DNA of 62,640 nucleotides, filler included, from Dimargaris cristalligena (Eukaryota): NCBI GenBank assembly GCA_003614675.1. It is 4 parts of 4 records of this genome, joined end to end, with 100 filler letters (N's around TTAATTAATTAA, not from the genome) between each part and the next. Parts side by side here need not be neighbours in the genome. Positions count along the whole stretch, not along the records: positions 47,092 to 62,640 come from ML002884.1; 3 more parts are not named here. One strand, 5' to 3'. Shown piece by piece: positions 58,500 to 62,640 of this stretch (position 1 is its first letter; each line of letters starts with the position of its first letter). The notes under the pieces were generated by a model. It saw only the letters and a program-made list of their open reading frames with translations, ran no database searches and was not told where the DNA came from. The position numbers and the translations under genes were made by a program.

Positions 58500-58793
58500 A
58501 TGTTGAAGTCTACTATCGTCCTGTGCCTCTCTGCCCTGGCTCTGACCTCTGTGCCCTTCGTGGCTGCCCACCAGCCGCAGCAACCTCATCTGGTGCGCCG
58601 TGAACCGTCAACTACCCAGGCTGTTCTCACGTCTGCCGGTATCAGTGCGGCTGCGGGTGCCGCTTTCAACAAGGGGAACCGCCTCAGCGCTGCTGCCAAG
58701 TCGGCCGTCCTCGGTGGTGGTGCCACATACCTCTTTAGTAAGGGGCAACAATGGTACAACAAACGCAAGCAGAACAAGGCTAATAAGGAGTAA
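58500..58793 (+). CDS. Secreted prepro Ala/Gly-rich cationic peptide (97 aa)
   Basis: Signal MLKSTIVLCLSALALTSVPFVAA, pro region HQPQQPHLVRR, then a 63-aa mature region with SAGISAAAGAAF, AVLGGGATYLF and a K/R-rich tail. Confidence 0.8.
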   Translation: MLKSTIVLCLSALALTSVPFVAAHQPQQPHLVRREPSTTQAVLTSAGISAAAGAAFNKGNRLSAAAKSAVLGGGATYLFSKGQQWYNKRKQNKANKE

Positions 58794-59260
58794 AGAGCGT
58801 TATTGTACAATTATATATATAGATCGTATTATCTCTCTCTACCTGCGTACACGCTTGCATCGGACGCTGTTGACCAAATGATTTATTCGTCGCCGGGGAC
58901 TTTATTACGCAAGTAACCCATACTCTATAAACATAGTCCCTTGAGTCATCCCCTTCTATCTCCCACTTTGCTTCACCTTCACCTTCTCGTTTGATGTAAA
59001 TTTTTATGTTTTTTTTTATGGTCACTATACCAGAAGGGGCTTATAGTCTGTGTATAGCTTTAGGGTTTTTGGATCTACCAGGCCCATCAAAATATTCGCC
59101 AACTTTTAAATAAATATAAATATACACCCGACCGTATGATTTTAGTATACTTATAAGATGAATGAAGGAATATTAGGGCAGCGCGAGGTGTTGGTGTACC
59201 AGTAATTCTACATCATCTTTACTACGTTAGGGTTAACGAAACTGCACGCATTGGCGGAAT

Positions 59261-60752
59261 TTATACCGATATTCTCTCGAGACCCTTATAAATAGGCGCA
59301 TCGTCCCACTCCACCGTTTTTGCAGCCACCGTCCTTTCCAGATACACCCGCAACGGTTCCTGCAAATGGCCATAATTGGTTGCAAACCAGGCATACGCCG
59401 AGGAATGCGCCGGTTTACCCACGGGCAGAAAATAGGCACCCCGCCAGGACTGAGGAGCAGTGTTGTTGGTGGTGGTTTGTATAGGCCTCGTTAAGTCGGC
59501 GGTGGCCACATAGACGGTATTAAGGACCCCGTATTCCACCTTGGTGGAGAATAAAGGGTAGATGGCCTTTAAGAACCAGCGGAAGGGCAGACCGAATGTT
59601 TTACCATCCAAAGTAAGGGCCCCATTTTCGACAAAGCCGGGATGGACGGTATTAACGAGGACTTTATTAGCAGCAGCAGCGATAGCGGTCCGGGCCGGGT
59701 GGGGGGCTATTGGATTGGCTTCAGTCGTGGTGGGATGGACAGCGGGGGCTTCAGTTAGGTTTGCCGTTTCCGTATGCGGAGTTTCATCTTCCCTCTTCTT
59801 GCTAACCTCCTCTCCCTCCTCATTTTCCTTACCTTTCAGGTCGGCTAGTTCAGCCAGTTGCGCCGTGAGAATCTTAGACATTAGGTAAACCCCTAGTTTG
59901 GACTGTCCGTACGCCCGAAACCCGTCGTAACCCGTCGGTTCATTCAATTGATTACCGGCTAAACGAATACCGACGCCCCCGCCGTAGGGACTGTTCATGG
60001 CTTCGCTGCCCAGGTTAACCACTCGAACATCCGACGGTGAAGTGGTGGCGGCGGCAGTAGCCATAAGAATTGGTAGTAGTTTTTGGGTGAGGTAATAGTG
60101 GCCAATAACATTGACCCCGAATTGGAGCACGTAGCCGTCATCGGTGAGACCGAAAGGCACTACCATTTGGGCAGCGTTGTTGATTCTATCGATAGTCATT
60201 AGACCATAATATAGGGATTATACATAAAATAAGAGCCGTTGCAAAAAGAAGGAATAAGCTATAGAGATACAAAACCCCTAAAGCGATATAACATTCCTAA
60301 TAATAGGGGTGTATTATGAGCCTCGCCCGCGTACCACACACGTCCAAGGTCTGCCCTTCCAGAAAATACAAGTCAATCAGCGGAACTTACAAGCCATGTA
60401 GGGGCAATTTCCGGTTGATAAACGCTTGGGCGGCCGTATACACTTGTCGTAAGTTAGCCAAGTCCAGTTGCAGAAACTCCACCCGACCTTCACGGTTGTG
60501 GGCCAGCTCGTCTGGGGCCCCACCCTCGCCCGCCGCCCGCAGCGACCCCGTCCGTGCTTGTTGCAGTTCGCGAATGGCCCGGGCACCCCGTTCCTCGTCA
60601 CGTCCGGTTACCACCACATGGGCGCCCCGCCGGAAGAGGGCCAGGGCGGTATGGTAGCCTAAGCCTTGGGTGCCTCCGGTAATGAGAAACACGCGACCCG
60701 GAAGTTGACGGGGAATGCCGGGGTGGGTGGCTAAGGTGGTGGGTTGGCCCAT
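59261..60752 (-). CDS. Short-chain dehydrogenase/reductase (retinol dehydrogenase/WWOX-like). Exons 60752-60391 and 60185-59261, 428 aa.
   Basis: TGGTQGLG, LQLDLA, catalytic YGQSK and VHPGFV. LHGL-INNAA spans intron 60390-60186 (gtaagt...ctaat...tag). Confidence 0.92.
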
Positions 60753-62077
60753 GGCGACGGACTAGGACTAGACTGGGCTGGGCTAGAGTAAGGTGGGGTG
60801 GGGTGGGAAAACGAAGCGAAAAGCAAGGTGGAGCGGTGGGAGTAATTAATACAAAGGGAAGGAGGGAATATGTAGAAAATGGGTAGTCGAGTTGGCGTGG
60901 TTATTACCTAAAGGCGCAAAAGAAGCATTTTTATCAATAATAATATATGAGCATAGACAAATAGGTAAATAATAACGGGTTCCGCTTAGCCTAGAGTAGA
61001 GGAAGTCTACAGTGAGGCTGTTGGTATCAGCTGTATCAGGGGTTGATCGAAATTGCACTGTCTTAAATACATAACCACTTGGGAAAGACTCTAAGCCTCA
61101 ATATCTAAGGAATGTGTTAAGATTAATACACCCATATATCCCGAAACATATGGATGCCAGGCCGGGTTTTTTGGGATAAGACTATGGGCCCAACCAACAT
61201 CCCTCTGGACATGTTATTGCAGATATTGGCTGTTGTGGGGCACTGATGGAAACAACAGGGGTACTAATAATACCCAATACTGTATGAACTCACACAAAAT
61301 ATAGCAGGAGGTGGAGCCATCTGCTTTATTTGCAGAGCTGGAGAACTGTTGGTCTTCATACAGCAACTGTGGGGATAGGGGTTATTGCTAAAGGTTCTTG
61401 GTCAGCAATGAATACTGAAGGTAGGACATGGGCCATTCTGTTACAAATTATTGTAGGGTAGGGAATCATCACAATAAAGGAGCAGCCGGAGTTAATGTGC
61501 TTTTACCAGATGGATTAGGAAAATAATTGGTACAAAATTAACATTGGCCAGTGTGAACAAATACTACATCTGGTAAGGTATACCATACTTAACAATAAAC
61601 ATCTTTAACCAAAATAGAGGTGGATAAGTAACAGTTTATATGGCTCAGTTGATTATTGATTGTGATTATCTAATAAGTGGATGGGGAGGTAAGGATTATG
61701 CAAATAATAAACATCTTTAACCATTGATTCCCCCTGTCAGCCCTCCTAATCCAACTTAATCTGGACTTAATAAGTGTCCATCCTTATTAGGCCTTATAGT
61801 GCCATATTAACCCTCCCACAGTCACCCCCAGTACTATGGGGTCATCATTTATTATATAACCCTTCTCCTTCTTGACCCCAATACTTTGCACCACAACACT
61901 CAACCTACTGATCCAAGACTCTTCCAGTTCCCATGAGAGTCTTCCAGATACAAAGCTGTCTAGTCAGATTCCTTATCCACCTATACCTTAATCTTAGTAG
62001 CATTTCCCTTGGGATATCCCAATGGAGCTATCCCCATATATATATAACTAGGCCCCACTGGGACTGGTTTGATTGGG

Positions 62078-62320
62078 GAGCTTATTATTTACCCCCCTAG
62101 TTTACCTCAATAAACTCTATATATGCTCACCCCCCTTGTACTAACTAGTAGGTATGCCTACTGTATATCCCTTACATTTACCTATACTTATCCTTTATTA
62201 GTTAGTACTATACCCCCATCCTAATGCTAGTAGCCCACTTGGCTAAGTCTAAACCTCACCTACCATTAAAAGCCTATCCTTGGGACTCTTGATGGACTAA
62301 GAGTAATTAACCTGGGCAAC
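62078..62320 (+). repeat. Interspersed repeat homologous to 15712-15945, inside a CpG-depleted TE-like tract
   Basis: Shared cctttattagttagtactataccc, cctaatgctagta, aagcctatcc and gactaagagt. Confidence 0.8.
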
Positions 62321-62640
62321 ACCCCCATACTTTATTGCTTAAACTAGTCCAGCTGTGTAACTGTGGTGCTGCAGAGTGCAGGTAACTGGAAGTATATTTA
62401 ATTACCTGATTCCTTTACTAATTAGAACCCATTTATCAACGTAAAGCACAGCTCCTTGAATCATACTCTATCAATTCATCCTGTAAAACCAATTATTCAT
62501 CAAACAATATCATATATTTTATCAGTCCTATTCATTTCGTTACCAGAAAAACGACAAAAAACATCAACCATTCGATTATTATTTCAAAGTTCAAGTGCCT
62601 ATTTTTACTTATCAATCGAAGTATTCTATCATTTTACTTG

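Noticed and set aside
1-62640. CRISPR arrays, rRNA, prokaryotic operons, viral or plasmid replication genes
   Set aside because: None seen. The repeats are dispersed TIR elements, not regularly spaced arrays, and the genes carry spliceosomal introns.

Overview
Eukaryotic DNA with GT-AG introns and GC-rich exons, most consistent with an early-diverging fungus. Zoopagomycota (e.g. Dimargaris-like) is my inference and is unverified. The window is not one locus. It is four ~15.6-kb contigs (1-15611, 15712-31306, 31407-46991, 47092-end) joined by artificial N44-TTAATTAATTAA-N44 spacers, so adjacency across spacers has no biological meaning. Conserved genes: PrlC/OOP-type M3 oligopeptidase, PRP16, a kelch-BTB protein, Cdc12-type septin, TIP30-like oxidoreductase, an 11-exon SMG5/6-like EST1+PIN gene, a partial Rtc5/TLDc-like gene, NDUFA6, an MFS transporter, an SDR and tRNA-Phe(GAA). 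Mobile DNA: a ~136-bp MITE family (6-7 copies, GGG..CCC ends, 4-bp TSD), an orphan LINE-type ORF1 and CpG-depleted repeat remnants. The most notable signal is four unlinked small secreted prepro-peptide genes sharing a P-x-L-x-[KR]-R Kex2-type processing motif. Three encode Gly/Ala-rich hydrophobic peptides with basic tails, two of them with a bacteriocin-like glycine zipper and one with a quadruplicated 18-aa propeptide. The fourth encodes a 29-aa Trp/Cys peptide. Contig 3 has an exact 55-bp terminal direct repeat, suggesting it assembled as a circle.
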